The translations under genes were made by a program, and so were the position numbers. Below, piece after piece: positions 63,001 to 64,000 of a DNA stretch of 64,000 nt. Numbering within the stretch: the stretch's first letter is position 1; every line of letters starts with the position of its first letter. The stretch is from the NCBI RefSeq assembly GCF_009914755.1, contig NC_060925.1. One strand, written 5' to 3'. The notes beneath the pieces are model-generated. The model was not told where the DNA came from. It saw nothing but the letters and a program-made list of their open reading frames with translations, and did not search any database. Source of the stretch: the human T2T-CHM13v2.0 reference genome, Homo sapiens.

Positions 63001-64000
63001 CATTCTGTCTAGTTTTTCTACGAAGATATTTCCTTTTCTACTATTGACCTCAAAGCGGCTGAAATCTCCACTTGCAAATTCGACAAAAAGAGTGTTTCAA
63101 GCCTGCTCTCTGTAAAGGATCCTTCAACTCTGTGAGTTGAATACACACAACACAAGGAAGTTACTGAGAATTATTCTGTCTAGCATAATATGAAGAAATC
63201 CCGTTTCCAACGAAGACCTCAAAGAGGTCTGAATATCCACTTGCAGACTTTACAAACAGAGTGTTTCCTAACTGCTCTATGAGAAGAAAAGTTAAACTCT
63301 GTGAGTTGAACGCACACATCACAAAAGATTTTCTGAGAATCATTCTGTCTAGTCTTTATATGAAGATAGTTTCCTTTTCTACCATTGACCTCAAAGCGGC
63401 TGAAATCTCCACTTGCAAATTCCACAAAAAGAGTGTTTCAAGTCTGCTCTGTGTAAAGGATCGTTCAACTCTGTGAGTTGAATACACACAACACAAGGAA
63501 GTTACTGAGAATTCTTCTGTCTAGCAGAATATGAAGAAATCCCGTTTCCAACGAAGGCCACAAGATGTCAGAATATCCACTTACAGACTTTACAAACAGA
63601 GTGTTTCCTAACTGCTCTATGAACAGAAAGGTTAAACTCTGTGAGTTGAACGAACACATCACAACGCAGTTTCTGGGAATGATTCTGTCTAGTTTTAAAA
63701 CGAAGATATTTCCTTTTCTGCCATTGACCTTAAAGCGCTTGAAATCTACACTTGCAAATTGCACAAATAGAGTGTTTCAAATCTGCTCTGTCTAAGGGAA
63801 CGTTCAACTCTGTGAGTTGAATGCACACAACACAAGGAAGTTACTGGGAATTCTTCTGTCTAGCCTTACATGAAAAAAACCCGTTTCCAACGAAGGCCTC
63901 TAAGTGGTCAAAATTTCCACGTGCAGACTTTACAAACAGAGTGTTTCCAAACCGCTGAATGAAAAGAAAAGTTAAACTCTGAGAGTTGAACGCACACATC
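60100..64000 (-). repeat. 2716-bp-offset repeat of an (E/A hybrid)-B-C-D block, truncated by the window end
   Basis: Markers 60205/62921, 60545/63261 and 60849/63565. Shared variants: gaagacctc before B, cagtttctgg and ttttaaaacg in C. Confidence 0.88.
62110..62790 (-). repeat. Local tandem duplication of a 338-bp dimer
   Basis: MFLNCS ORFs at 62243 and 62581 are 338 bp apart. Each is preceded by a 2-bp deletion (actctgagtt at ~62111 and ~62449). Confidence 0.9.

Larger units (their letters stand above)
1..64000 (-). repeat. Centromeric alpha-satellite array, suprachromosomal family 1 (340-bp J1/J2 dimers); ~188 dimers, single orientation
   Basis: Continuous ~170/340-bp periodicity with alphoid motifs (ttcaactctgtgagttgaa, ctgagaat(t/c), tccacttgca). 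A CENP-B box occurs in every second monomer and EcoRI gaattc about once per 340 bp. Strand is given as the strand reading the CENP-B box consensus. Confidence 0.99.
1..64000 (-). other. Probable live HOR array of the human chr1/5/19 family (D1Z7/D5Z2/D19Z3; S1C1/5/19H1L)
   Basis: Recognition of the dimer consensus. A ~1020-bp 6-mer core (C-D-E) is extended by a variable number of closely related dimers, copy-to-copy identity is very high, and most CENP-B boxes are intact. The chromosome cannot be decided without alignment. Confidence 0.8.

Noticed and set aside
36-63795. Hundreds of 60-105 aa ORFs on both strands (MFPNCSM..., MILRNSF..., MEFASGD...)
   Set aside because: They recur with the satellite period, overlap on opposite strands, often start at GTG/TTG, and are opened or closed by single SNVs. 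They are translations of alpha satellite, and similar database entries are typically spurious or contaminant annotations.
1-64000. CRISPR-like regular repeat array
   Set aside because: There are no unique spacers; all intervening sequence is itself repeated, and there are no cas genes.
1-64000. Transposon insertion (L1/Alu), inversion or non-alphoid island
   Set aside because: The 340-bp register of marker ORFs is continuous end to end apart from 1-2 bp shifts, and CENP-B boxes stay on one strand. There is no poly-A tail or foreign sequence.
1-64000. Assignment to one specific chromosome (1, 5 or 19) or to the kinetochore/CDR site
   Set aside because: The three arrays share this HOR family, and CENP-A or methylation state cannot be read from sequence. 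It needs alignment and epigenetic data.

Overview
The whole 64-kb window is uninterrupted primate (almost certainly human) centromeric alpha-satellite DNA, all in one orientation. It is built of ~170-bp monomers paired into ~340-bp dimers. One monomer of each dimer carries a CENP-B box (minus strand, CTTCGTTGGAAACGGGA) and the other a pJalpha/A-box-like site. This is suprachromosomal family 1 (J1/J2 dimer), and it best resembles the live HOR shared by chromosomes 1/5/19 (D1Z7/D5Z2/D19Z3; S1C1/5/19H1L). That assignment is from recognition, not alignment. I see no genes, transposons, inversions or CRISPR arrays; the ORFs in the track are by-products of the repeat. I used ORF variants as markers to type dimers, with my own labels: A (KEFMR..QACSL, BamHI site), B (KDFLR, +1 bp), C (TTQFVG, -1 bp), D (ccaaaccgctgaatg), E (MFTN..FSTK), F (LYTKIFTF), G (FYRK), H. 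The window then resolves into four domains. (1) 1-8.2 kb: 2040-bp ABCDEF 12-mers with a 4080-bp super-period. (2) 8.2-32 kb: a nested, recently duplicated block with 3059-bp units inside a ~9.5-11.5-kb tandem duplication. (3) 32-51 kb: mosaic 12/14-mers. (4) 51-64 kb: a more diverged, rearranged zone with hybrid dimers and most of the damaged CENP-B boxes. I cannot support a new protein-coding system. The interesting content is a readable record of satellite evolution, including mappable crossover and conversion breakpoints.
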